Shown piece by piece: positions 8,723 through 17,707 of a stretch of DNA of 64,000 nt. A program made the translations under genes and the position numbers. The notes below the pieces were generated by a model. That model was not told the origin of the DNA, did not search any database, and saw only the letters and a program-made list of their open reading frames with translations. How positions within the stretch are numbered: the first letter of the stretch is position 1; every line of letters starts with the position of its first letter. Origin of the DNA: Parcubacteria group bacterium (GTDB taxonomy: Bacteria; Patescibacteriota; Patescibacteriia; UBA9934; GWF2-40-263); contig JABMNZ010000026.1 in NCBI GenBank assembly GCA_013204395.1, positions 13,421-77,420 on the forward strand, read 5' to 3'.

Positions 8723-10252
8723 ATGGGAAAGATGCGTGCCGTTAGGGGAAAGAAGTTCCGTCTGACCGTCCCCGGGCATGGGATGCCTGAAGAAGTGAGG
8801 TCCCTCACTCAAGGACCCGTGCTCGCAAGGTTGATGTCAACCGATTCTGCATCGGTAGTTCTGATCGATGAGCTGATCAAGTCCATGCGTTTGCTCTCAT
8901 CGGACGTCTCGTCTGTACGCGAAGCTCTGCGACGATTTGTGGAGTCTGAGCACAAGGCAGGTGAGGGTTTCGACAAGACACTCTGTCGAGTGATTGAGCA
9001 GCTATCTGAGCGCTGGACTGAGCATGGGATCAGATCCGGAATCAGGACCCTGATCTATCTGGAGAGGCACGGTTTTGCCTACGAGACACTGGGTGAACAC
9101 CTGGAGTGCTTGCGTGGTATGACGGACGTCATCATCATCGCGATCGAAGAGGGGGCACAGTTTCCCCACACCTTGGCTGGGGCTTTCCCCCTTCTTCTGC
9201 AAACGAGGGGAGAGGAGTTCCTCGTTTTGGCGATTCACATGTTCGTTCACGCACTCTCTGAGGAAGAGGGGATGGTGTGTCTGGACTACGCTCCCAGAGG
9301 ACGAAGGGTCTTGAGCATTCCTGTGGTACCCAGTGTGATGATGATGTACTGGAGAGACATGTTCGAGATCTTCAGTCCGGAGTTCGACAGAAAGAAGGCC
9401 ATTGGGCTCCCGACCACACCGTTTGACACAGGGAAACTTATCCCTGATGGGTGGAGGTGCTTCAAGCGCATTGGTGAGCTGGACCTCAATCCAGATGAAC
9501 AAAAGCGGGTCATCGATCTGGGCGCCATTCGTTTGGTTCAAGTTCTGAGGGATCGTGAGCTCAGTGTGCGGACCATGCGTTTGGCACTTTTGGCGACTGT
9601 CTCAAACACAGAACTTCAGAAGCTTCTGGACAATACTCCCGAGTACATCAGGACCGTGAAGGTCTGGGAAGCTCTGGCGTGTCTGTGCTCGCTTGGCGAA
9701 TTCCACACACTCGGAGGAACCCAGGATGCGTGGGAGACTCATGTCGCCAAGAAGGAATCTGACCGAATGCTCCGCGCAGAGCAGGTAAGGCAGAAAGCCG
9801 AGGAAGAAGCTCGTCTTCGACAAGAGCGTCAGGCTGCCAATGCTCCCAACCCACAAAAACGCGGAAGTCGCGGGTACGCTCCGGGCAAGCCTGCAGAAGT
9901 GGACTTCGAGGCCCTGTGCTCCGAGCTCGACGTCTGTACGCAGTTTCCTGGAATGGATGGTGACATCACACGCATCATCCTGGTGCACGGCTTGCTTCGC
10001 GACGGTGAGCGACTGGCTTCACTAGCAAGTCTGCCCGAGCGCAACGAGAAGAAGCTCTGGGGCCAGTGCAAGACATTCTTGGGCGGTGGCACATCACGTC
10101 GCGAGTTCAAGGGTGCTCTCGGGAAGCTCGTATCTGCTCATCTGGTTTCCTTCTCCGGAGGCAGCTACCAGCTTGGCAAACCAAACCCGCGCTTCCCTCA
10201 GGCAAACGCGGTGCTCACACAGCTCCGCGGCCTGGTGAACAAGTACAGCTGA
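8723..10252 (+). CDS. Orphan protein, conserved C-terminal wHTH-like module family member 2
   Basis: TTGACA(8655)-17-TAATCT promoter; DFEALCSELDVC...GGSYQL..NPRFP C-terminus. Confidence 0.8.
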   Translation: MGKMRAVRGKKFRLTVPGHGMPEEVRSLTQGPVLARLMSTDSASVVLIDELIKSMRLLSSDVSSVREALRRFVESEHKAGEGFDKTLCRVIEQLSERWTEHGIRSGIRTLIYLERHGFAYETLGEHLECLRGMTDVIIIAIEEGAQFPHTLAGAFPLLLQTRGEEFLVLAIHMFVHALSEEEGMVCLDYAPRGRRVLSIPVVPSVMMMYWRDMFEIFSPEFDRKKAIGLPTTPFDTGKLIPDGWRCFKRIGELDLNPDEQKRVIDLGAIRLVQVLRDRELSVRTMRLALLATVSNTELQKLLDNTPEYIRTVKVWEALACLCSLGEFHTLGGTQDAWETHVAKKESDRMLRAEQVRQKAEEEARLRQERQAANAPNPQKRGSRGYAPGKPAEVDFEALCSELDVCTQFPGMDGDITRIILVHGLLRDGERLASLASLPERNEKKLWGQCKTFLGGGTSRREFKGALGKLVSAHLVSFSGGSYQLGKPNPRFPQANAVLTQLRGLVNKYS

Positions 10253-10300
10253 CCGAGTTTCGCTCGGTCCGAGGTCCAAACGCTGGACCTCTTTTTTATT
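10247..10300 (+). terminator. Double-hairpin terminator, repeat copy 2
   Basis: GACCGAG..CTCGGTC then GAGGTCCA..TGGACCTC plus T6. Confidence 0.85.
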
Positions 10301-10317
10301 AAGCTATCTGTGGATAT

Positions 10318-10354
10318 CGCTTTACTTGACTAAAGTATTGTAAGCTGTTATCTT
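10318..10354 (+). promoter_or_regulatory. Promoter with overlapping HisR/YerC-type palindromic operator
   Basis: CGCTTTAC-TTGA-CTAAAGTA (10318-10337) overlaps -35 TTGACT; 17 bp; TGtTATCTT -10; ATG 6 nt later. Confidence 0.7.
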
Positions 10355-10360
10355 GTGGGC

Positions 10361-10654
10361 ATGCGTATTGAAGATAAAAATACAGAGAGTCTTTTTCTCG
10401 CCATATTAAGTTTGCAAACCCTTGAAGAATCAAAGGCATTCTTTAGAGATTTACTCACGGAAAAAGAGATTGAGGAGTTCTCCAATCGTTGGAAAGCGGC
10501 TCGTATGCTTTCTGAGGGCATTCCCTATTCAAAGATTCAAACGGAAACAGGATTATCTTCACGGACGGTGGCTCGTATTTCCAAATGGCTCCAGTCTGGT
10601 AAGGATGGATATAAACTTATGATTAACCGAACACATCATCATGACGACTCCTAG
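10361..10654 (+). CDS. TrpR-like YerC/YecD (HisR-type) repressor ending in HHHDDS
   Basis: LFLAILSL..EE..FFRDLLT..EI....RW..A.ML..G..Y..I...TG.S..TV.R....L..G..GY pattern. Confidence 0.9.
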   Translation: MRIEDKNTESLFLAILSLQTLEESKAFFRDLLTEKEIEEFSNRWKAARMLSEGIPYSKIQTETGLSSRTVARISKWLQSGKDGYKLMINRTHHHDDS

Positions 10655-10710
10655 GAGATGCGTCATTTGAATTGTTCAAAAACACGCGTCTCCGGCGCGT
10701 GTTTTTTATT
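10634..10710 (+). promoter_or_regulatory. Putative His-codon-controlled transcription attenuator
   Basis: CAT CAT CAT codons; mutually exclusive helices 1:2, 2:3 (GGAGATGCGT/ACGCGTCTCC) and 3:4 terminator with U-tract. Confidence 0.7.
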
Positions 10711-10724
10711 AGAAATGAAAAAAT

Positions 10725-11870
10725 ATGAATGTTCGTGAACTAACAAAAAAACTCATCTCTCTTCAAAGTTTTGATGATGGAAGACTTTATGAAAAACCAA
10801 TGTCTGATTTTTTGGTCGCCTATGTAGAAAAGAATCTTCCATGGTTGAGTATTGATCTTCAGGAAGTGGAACCGAATCGTTTCAATGTCTATTTACGAGA
10901 TAGTTCTCCAACAAAACTTCTGGTTGTTGATCAGATTGATACGGTTGTGCCAGAGCAGGGTTGGGACGGGGAGGCACTGCTGCCTGTTGAAAGTGATGGA
11001 AGAATTTACGGTCTTGGATCAAGTGATTCAAAGGGGAACGTTGCTGCGTTTTTAAAAGCACTTGAGCGTTTCGGTGAAACAAAAGGTCTTGCCATCTTGC
11101 TTTACGTTGACGAGGAATATTGTTTCAAAGGCATGAAGTATTTTATTTCATCTTCGCTTGCTAAGAATATACAACCAGAGTTCGTCTTGTCGATCGATGG
11201 CAACGGTTCGGTTTTGGGAAGCGGTTGCCGCGGGTTGGTTGAGTTTGATATTCAGATTCGTTCTGAGTCGGGACACACGGCAAACCCAAAAACACCTGGG
11301 GCGCTTTTGCCTTACTTGACCGTTTTTCAAAAATTTCAAACATGGCTAAAGCAATACTCTGATTTGGAGCAAGGGGAGGCTACAGCACAGATTGCGAATT
11401 TACGAAGTGGTTTGATTGTTAACGAATCAGATGAAGGTTTCGTGTTCGGAAAAGAGGGTAACCGCCTTCCGAATTTCACAGAGGCGAAGATTGAAATTAG
11501 AACGACACCGACTCTCTCATGGAAAGAGATTGAAAGCTTCTGGAAGTCTGAGTTGGGTCGCTACGCTGATCTTGACGCAAGCCTAACAGGAATATTCGAT
11601 CTTGATGGATTCTCTACACCTCGTGAGAGATTGAAGCTTTTGGAGCAATCCGTTTTCGATTCCATTGGAAGTGTTTCTTACTTAGATCCATCGACTTTCG
11701 GTTACCTGGATGTGGCGATGTTGAAGACGGTTTTTCCAGATGCAAGTTTGTGTTCTTTTGGAATTGGCGAGCCGGGGGTCAATCATAAGCCAAACGAGTA
11801 TGTTCGTATCGATAGATTAGACGAGGGAGTATCTGTGTACTTGCAGATACTCAAGAAACTTCTCACCTAG
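10725..11870 (+). CDS. M20 family metallopeptidase/deacylase (ArgE/DapE-like)
   Basis: QIDTV, IYGLGSSDSKG, VDEE, SGH, HKPNEYV motifs. Confidence 0.85.
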   Translation: MNVRELTKKLISLQSFDDGRLYEKPMSDFLVAYVEKNLPWLSIDLQEVEPNRFNVYLRDSSPTKLLVVDQIDTVVPEQGWDGEALLPVESDGRIYGLGSSDSKGNVAAFLKALERFGETKGLAILLYVDEEYCFKGMKYFISSSLAKNIQPEFVLSIDGNGSVLGSGCRGLVEFDIQIRSESGHTANPKTPGALLPYLTVFQKFQTWLKQYSDLEQGEATAQIANLRSGLIVNESDEGFVFGKEGNRLPNFTEAKIEIRTTPTLSWKEIESFWKSELGRYADLDASLTGIFDLDGFSTPRERLKLLEQSVFDSIGSVSYLDPSTFGYLDVAMLKTVFPDASLCSFGIGEPGVNHKPNEYVRIDRLDEGVSVYLQILKKLLT

Positions 11871-11879
11871 GAGACAGAC

Positions 11880-12728
11880 ATGGAATCCGTTCTTTTGACT
11901 CAGGGCAGTTGGAAGCGTCAGCGAGAGATCGTCGACGCTCTGGTGCTCGCATACGCAACACAGTTCTGGTGCGGGACCTGGAGAGAGCTGCTCGCGATTC
12001 GTGACGCCGACGGTTGCATCGAACAACAGTTCGGCACCTTCGATCAATACGGCAGCATCTACCCGGAGACACAACAGCTTCTGGAGCTCGCTGGTATTGG
12101 AGAGGATGATCCAAATTGGCCCAACAGGCTTTGGGCCCTGGCCGAATCTGGAGAGCTGAGGACGGTGGATGGCCGACTGGTCACGCCGTACTGGTCGCTG
12201 GATAGTGCAAGGCAGGAACTCCTCAGGTTCGTTACGTCAACGGATTCGGATGGGTACGGAGGCGAACTGCTGGTTCTCGTTGAGAGATCACAGATCGTGG
12301 GCTTCACGGCATACACATGCCTTCGTGACGCGGACGGACGTCAGGTCGCGGACAAGCGATTTCCTGTGGAGCGTCTGCACATTCCGATCGACAGTCCAGA
12401 GGCTACACAAATGTGTCTGGGGGAGTACCTGAAGAGTCAGTACGGTGAGTCACTGACCCTTGGGATCTTTCTCGATCACGCCGTCTCAGAAGTGTATCGC
12501 GGACAACGTCTGGGAAGCCGTCTGTTCGACGAGCGAATCACCCGACTGTTGGAGTTGGGTGCTGAGGTGATTCTCGGAAGAACCATCCTGACGTCCCCCA
12601 GGCAGTACCGTGGCAACTACCTCGCCCGAGGTCTTCGGCCATTTGCCGCTGACGGCACTGACGCCTTCAGCCTGTCCAAGCACTACTTCTGCACAGAAGT
12701 TTCCGAGCTCACTCCCCGAGCGAGCTGA
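11880..12728 (+). CDS. GNAT-family N-acetyltransferase
   Basis: AVSEVYRGQRLGSRLF motif A; AGGAG SD; terminator CCCAAGCC..GGCTTGGG-T7 follows. Confidence 0.75.
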   Translation: MESVLLTQGSWKRQREIVDALVLAYATQFWCGTWRELLAIRDADGCIEQQFGTFDQYGSIYPETQQLLELAGIGEDDPNWPNRLWALAESGELRTVDGRLVTPYWSLDSARQELLRFVTSTDSDGYGGELLVLVERSQIVGFTAYTCLRDADGRQVADKRFPVERLHIPIDSPEATQMCLGEYLKSQYGESLTLGIFLDHAVSEVYRGQRLGSRLFDERITRLLELGAEVILGRTILTSPRQYRGNYLARGLRPFAADGTDAFSLSKHYFCTEVSELTPRAS

Positions 12729-12779
12729 TTACGCACCCAAGCCACCTGGCTTGGGTTTTTTTGTTATACTAGTGTCTAT

Positions 12780-13217
12780 ATGAAAGCTGTTGTTCAACGA
12801 GTAAAACGTGCGTCTGTTACGGTCGATGGGGAAGTGACAGGCTCGATCGATCAAGGGCTTTTGGTTTTTCTTGGGATCCATCAAGACGACACGGACGAGA
12901 TGATTGAAAAGATGGCTGGGAAGATCGCCAAGCTGAGAATTTTTGAAGATGAAGAAGGAAAGATGTCGCGATCTGTGGAAGATATCGGTGGAAGCGTTTT
13001 GATGGTTAGTCAGTTCACACTCTACGGAGATGTGCGTAAAGGCAATCGCCCAAGCTTTATAGAATCGGCTCGACCAGAAAAAGCCGAACCCATGTATGAA
13101 GCAGTAGTCGAGTCTATTAGAGGTCTGGGTCTTCCAGTCGAAACTGGGCGCTTCACAGCTATGATGGATGTGGAGTTAGTGAACGACGGGCCTGTAACGA
13201 TACTCATTGAACTCTAG
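12780..13217 (+). CDS. dtd: D-aminoacyl-tRNA deacylase
   Basis: [28 protein letters not shown]. Confidence 0.97.
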   Translation: MKAVVQRVKRASVTVDGEVTGSIDQGLLVFLGIHQDDTDEMIEKMAGKIAKLRIFEDEEGKMSRSVEDIGGSVLMVSQFTLYGDVRKGNRPSFIESARPEKAEPMYEAVVESIRGLGLPVETGRFTAMMDVELVNDGPVTILIEL

Positions 13218-13370
13218 AATGATCTGAGCAACACGCTCAGATTTTTTGTACCTGCTCTTTTCAATGTCACGCATCTTCCGTAGGTAAGACCGATGCGTGC
13301 CACCTTGAAAAGCATGCTTTGAAGAATGATTAAAATAAAAACCCACCCGCGTTAAAGGGTGGGTGGAAGC

Positions 13371-15401
13371 CTAGGTGGCCTCGAGTTCGGCGATCATGGC
13401 GTCCACTTCGTCGACGAAGACCTGAGGGTCGCCGTCGCTGGGCCAGCGCCACTTGTCGTGGGCGCCGAGCCCCAGGGATGCCACCAGCACGGAGTCCGGG
13501 CTGGCGTTCCTCTTGAACTGCGCGAAGTCAAACTTGATGTACCAGTCGCGCATCCACTTGAGAAGGAACGCTCGGTCGTAGATGACGTCGTCGTCCTTCT
13601 CCTTGCGACCAAAGGCTGTCTCAGCCAGGAAGGCCATGCGTCTGGGCTCGGCGCCCGTTCGCATCATATCGTGCATGTAGAAGTCCGTGACGGGGTAGGG
13701 CCCCATCTTGTCTTCAGAGGACTGGATCTCTTCTCCCTCTGCCACCTGCACCAGTTCTGGTGAGATGCGTCGGTTGACGATCCTCATGAGAACCTCTTTG
13801 AGAGGCTCTTCATGGGTCATGTACTCGATGTAGTACTGGACCAGGTACTGGACCAAGGTCTTGGGGATGTTGGCGATGACGTGGAAGTGCGACGACTGGT
13901 CGCCGCCTTCCGTGCACCACCCCTTGGCCGCTTCGCTCATGTCCCCGGTTCCCAGGTTGAATCCCAGGGTCTTGAGGACGAAGGTTCGGGCGCGGGCTTG
14001 GGCATTCTCGCACTGCGTGCACTTCCAGCACGGGTCGTGGCCAGCGGCCTTGAGTGCTGCTGTGGCCAACTCGGTGATGTCAGCCGTGTGAATTCCCGTA
14101 CCTAGTGCTCGGGCCAGGGTGAGCGAGTCGTCCTGTGACTCATCACCTGAGGCAGGGCCTGGAAGCCGGACGCTGGTGAAGAACTGTCGAGACCACCCAA
14201 GGCGGTCGTAGCTGTACACCGTCACCAGGTCAGCAAGACAAGAGTCGAGTCCTCCAGAGAGTCCCATAAATGTCTTGACGGGTTCTCCGTCTTTGCTGAG
14301 GTGCCACAGGCGACCGATGACTCCTTGACCGAGCCCGTTGAAGAGCTCTCTACCCACCTTCTCCATGGCCGTCGGGTCACTGGGGACAAACGGCAGGCGC
14401 TTGAGCTCACGGCGGAAGTCCTTGGTGTCAGGGAACCAGCTGCGCACTTCCGTGGTCACGAAGCGGTAGGGGAAGCGAGCGACACGTTGCGCCTGCCTCC
14501 AGCCATCGTCAGCGTTTCGGTCGTGCATCAGCTTGCCAATGTCGATGTCGCTCACCAACAGCTCGCTTTGGCCAGGCAACATCCAGCGCTTGCTGGACGC
14601 CAGGATGCGACCATCCTCGATGATCATCGAATGTCCATCCCACACCACCGACGAGGTGGAATCACCTGCCTGGATAGCGTAGATGTACACGCTCTTTTGA
14701 CGACCTGAGTTCGCCGGGAACAGCACTTCTCGCCACGTATCCTTGCCCAGCACCCAGTTGGATGCGGACAGATTCACAATGACGGTGGCACCGTTGTGAG
14801 CGTGGCGATCTGCTGGACTTGGCGTTTGCCATCCATCCTCGCAGATCTCGATCCCCATGGTGAACACGTCTTCATATCGTCTGTCGACAAACGGGATCAG
14901 AATGTCCGTCCCAATGGGAACAGGTGTGTCCTGCCACTCGAGCTTGACCTCGGTGGCTTGCAGGTCACACGCGGCGGAGAACCACTCGTTCTCCTGCCAC
15001 TCGCTGCGTCCAGCCAGGTAGCTCTTGGGAATGAACGCGATGACCTGTCCTTGAGAGACAACCGCCGCGACGTTGAACAGAGCGTCCAGTGCGAGGGGGA
15101 GTCCCAAGACAAACGTCGTTGCGATGTCAGCGGTTTTCAAGCAGAAAGTCTCAAGCGCTTCCAGGCAGGCGATCTGTAGACCGCGCTGACGGAAGGCATT
15201 GCGGCAGCCGTAGCCAGAGAGGCCCAGCTCAGGAAAAGCCATGAGCTGGATCTTCTCGGCGTCAGCCCGCAAGGCCATTTCCAGATGGCGCTTGAGGTTG
15301 ATGGCAACGCCCTTGGGCTTTGTCCAGAACGTGGCTGTTGCTACACGAGCAAAGCCGAAGCTGCTTGAACGACCGCGAGCGGTCTGTACTCGTTGGGTCA
15401 T
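13371..15401 (-). CDS. nadE: Glutamine-dependent NAD+ synthetase
   Basis: Nitrilase triad motifs FPEL/PKSYL/ICED; GLSGGLDS; ENAQARAR; TGDMSE; ISPEL; QFKR. Confidence 0.93.
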   Translation of the reverse strand: MTQRVQTARGRSSSFGFARVATATFWTKPKGVAINLKRHLEMALRADAEKIQLMAFPELGLSGYGCRNAFRQRGLQIACLEALETFCLKTADIATTFVLGLPLALDALFNVAAVVSQGQVIAFIPKSYLAGRSEWQENEWFSAACDLQATEVKLEWQDTPVPIGTDILIPFVDRRYEDVFTMGIEICEDGWQTPSPADRHAHNGATVIVNLSASNWVLGKDTWREVLFPANSGRQKSVYIYAIQAGDSTSSVVWDGHSMIIEDGRILASSKRWMLPGQSELLVSDIDIGKLMHDRNADDGWRQAQRVARFPYRFVTTEVRSWFPDTKDFRRELKRLPFVPSDPTAMEKVGRELFNGLGQGVIGRLWHLSKDGEPVKTFMGLSGGLDSCLADLVTVYSYDRLGWSRQFFTSVRLPGPASGDESQDDSLTLARALGTGIHTADITELATAALKAAGHDPCWKCTQCENAQARARTFVLKTLGFNLGTGDMSEAAKGWCTEGGDQSSHFHVIANIPKTLVQYLVQYYIEYMTHEEPLKEVLMRIVNRRISPELVQVAEGEEIQSSEDKMGPYPVTDFYMHDMMRTGAEPRRMAFLAETAFGRKEKDDDVIYDRAFLLKWMRDWYIKFDFAQFKRNASPDSVLVASLGLGAHDKWRWPSDGDPQVFVDEVDAMIAELEAT

Positions 15402-15504
15402 GGCGTCTCCTTAGGTCCAGTTAAACGTGAGGGCATGATCAGAGATTTGATCGAGCTCTCGCGTAAAAGCTCGTGCGTACCACGAGCGGGTGGGGACCTG
15501 AGGG

Positions 15505-16155
15505 TCAGGTCATTTCGTAGGACTTGTTGGAGTTGCGATCTCCGGCCGACGCGGCCTGCGGACGCTTTGCTTCGGCCAGCTGCTGCTTCAAGCGTTCGGC
15601 TCGCAGCCACTGGGCGAAGGCGAAGGTGCGCACGCCGTCGTGGATGGTGGTTGGATCGCAGAACACGCTGATGGGCATCCACAGACGGCTGATGTCCTCA
15701 CCTTCATTGGGATTGCCAAGGCCGGTGTCAGGGCCAGTCACCTTTGCTGTGTCGATCCTTGCCACGCTCAGGAAGGCGCGCTCGGTGAGGATGCCAGCGG
15801 ACAGGCTCATGGAGCGCCCACCATTGAGGACGACGACTGCGTCTTCCGTCATGGCCGCACCAGCTTCTTCCGAAGCTTCCTTTACCGCCAAAGCCTTGGG
15901 GCCGAGGTCGACATCAAAGCGCCCGGCGACCGTTTCGATTTCGACACCCGTGGGGTTGTCATCGCGCATTTGCGTCAGGTGCATCTGTGAGATGAGGAGA
16001 ACGCGGTCTCCTTCCAGATCAATCAGCAGGCAGCTGACAGAGTCGGTCACGCGGACCACTTCTCGAGTGTTTCCGCCGCTGTCCAACCAGGATTCCACTT
16101 GGCAGAAGCCGTCGTGGAAGGTGGCCTCATGTGAGGGGGCTGAGGGTTCTGACAT
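15505..16155 (-). CDS. Nudix hydrolase, ADP-ribose pyrophosphatase-like
   Basis: IETVAGRFD..AVKEASEEAG Nudix box, SAGILTE, GNPNEGEDI; GGAGG SD before ATG 16155. Confidence 0.8.
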   Translation of the reverse strand: MSEPSAPSHEATFHDGFCQVESWLDSGGNTREVVRVTDSVSCLLIDLEGDRVLLISQMHLTQMRDDNPTGVEIETVAGRFDVDLGPKALAVKEASEEAGAAMTEDAVVVLNGGRSMSLSAGILTERAFLSVARIDTAKVTGPDTGLGNPNEGEDISRLWMPISVFCDPTTIHDGVRTFAFAQWLRAERLKQQLAEAKRPQAASAGDRNSNKSYEMT

Positions 16156-16261
16156 GGTCACCTCCTTAGATACTCTATCTGCTAAGCCGCCGAGCATCGG
16201 CAACTTGGTAAATAGGGCGAGGGTACTTGGTGGGTACCAAGGCCTCGCCGCGTTGTTGGAC

Positions 16262-17563
16262 TCAGACCCTCTGGGCGTGGAAGTAGTCCACATCGTAGTC
16301 GAACACCCGCTTGAGGCGTTCGATGAATTCCGGGTCACCGATCGCCTTGGCGATGTTGTCGGTGAGCTTGCCGGTGGGGTACCAGATGCCATCAGTTCCG
16401 GTTTTGGCGAACCAGGGCTTGATCACCACCGAGCAGGTCGGAAGACCCAGGTCGTTGGTGAGGTTGGTGCCCCAGCCAAAGGAGGTCTTGACCTGGTTCA
16501 GGAACTTGCTGGCCAGCTCGCACATCAATTTGAGGTCCAGGCCGTCGGAGAAGATGACCATCTTGGATCGAGGGTCGATCCCGAGTGCCTTGTAGAAGGC
16601 GATCATCTTGAAGCAGTAGTCCTTGGGGTCTCCCGAGTCCTGACGGGTACCCTTCCAGTTGCGCGCCATCTCCTGCGTGAAGTCACGGAGGAAGGCGTCG
16701 GTGCCGAAGGTGTCGGTCAGTGCGATGGAGAGACCTTCACCGAAGGAATTCCACCACAGATCGAGCAGCTGACGCTGGACGCCAGCCAGGGCGGCATCAG
16801 GATCCTCAGCGGCCATACACAGTGCGGCCATGACCATGACGAGCTGGTGGGCGTTGGTGCCCATGGGAAGCAGAGAGAAGTTCATAGCTGCCTCCACGTT
16901 GGAGGTGCCAAGGAACTGCTCGGGGAGCTCTTCGGCCATTCGCTGATCGATGTACCGCTGCCAGGCACGGTGGAAGCGACGACGTGTACCGAAGTCGCAG
17001 AACATCAGGTACGGGTGGTACTTACGAAGGAATGCGATCTTCTCGTGAAGCCGGCTGACACCTTGAGCCATGGTGGCTTCTCGATCCATGCGAGACATGG
17101 CACGCAGGGCGTTGCGCGAGCGCATGCCGTTGATGAGCGACAGGGCAGGGACTTCCCAGTGCATGCCCCGACCCCAGTTCCCACCAAACGTCAGATCGAA
17201 CTGCCCATCCACAACACTCAGGTGGTAGCCCGGACGCTGTAGGTCGCGGAGATGATCTACGTACGAGGCGGAGAACATGCGTTCTCCGTACTCGTCCGTG
17301 CCCTTGATGTAGTGCAACTCCGAGCGCTGGAAGCGTTGGGCCTGGAGCTTGTCGAGCTCATCACCGAGGTCGTCGACATCGATCTCATCCGCCAGGCGAA
17401 CGTCTGCCGTCCTGTTGGTCAGGCCGTACCTGACCTCCACGTCCGGGAACTCTGTGTGGATCACACGTCCCATGGTGAAGGTGTAGAAGTCGTCGTCGAG
17501 CATTCCGCCGACCAATGGGCCGTCGAGAATCTCATCGATCAGGTTGCCAAAGGGTGCTGACAT
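16262..17563 (-). CDS. pncB: Nicotinate phosphoribosyltransferase
   Basis: LDDDFYTFTM, DFGTRRR, GTSNV, GTNAH, RQDSGDP, IFSDGLD, SFGWGTNLTND. Confidence 0.93.
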   Translation of the reverse strand: MSAPFGNLIDEILDGPLVGGMLDDDFYTFTMGRVIHTEFPDVEVRYGLTNRTADVRLADEIDVDDLGDELDKLQAQRFQRSELHYIKGTDEYGERMFSASYVDHLRDLQRPGYHLSVVDGQFDLTFGGNWGRGMHWEVPALSLINGMRSRNALRAMSRMDREATMAQGVSRLHEKIAFLRKYHPYLMFCDFGTRRRFHRAWQRYIDQRMAEELPEQFLGTSNVEAAMNFSLLPMGTNAHQLVMVMAALCMAAEDPDAALAGVQRQLLDLWWNSFGEGLSIALTDTFGTDAFLRDFTQEMARNWKGTRQDSGDPKDYCFKMIAFYKALGIDPRSKMVIFSDGLDLKLMCELASKFLNQVKTSFGWGTNLTNDLGLPTCSVVIKPWFAKTGTDGIWYPTGKLTDNIAKAIGDPEFIERLKRVFDYDVDYFHAQRV

Positions 17564-17615
17564 GTCTGTCCTCCAAGTAGGTGCAGGTCCTCACGACGTT
17601 TATCGTCGTGGGGAG

Positions 17616-17650
17616 AAATCTGGTCTCGAGTTGCTCGAGCTCAGGTTTCT
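17616..17650. repeat. Intergenic hairpin repeat, copy A
   Basis: AAATCTGGTCTCGAGTTGCTCGAGCTCAGGTTT; near-identical to 19209-19241. Confidence 0.75.
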
Positions 17651-17707
17651 TTTTTTAAATAGGTCGCGCCGCCCAGGAGAGAAGCTCCAGGACGGGCGAC
17701 AGAGGGA

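Noticed and set aside
16156-16392. N-terminal extension of the Nudix ORF, and similarly 19157-19222 for nadD-nadK
   Set aside because: The extensions cross structured spacers or pncB; GGAGG SD supports the downstream ATGs.
15524-17242. 572-aa plus-strand ORF and other long antisense ORFs over the NAD operon
   Set aside because: Shadow frames of GC-rich genes with clear motifs on the minus strand; no recognisable motifs of their own.
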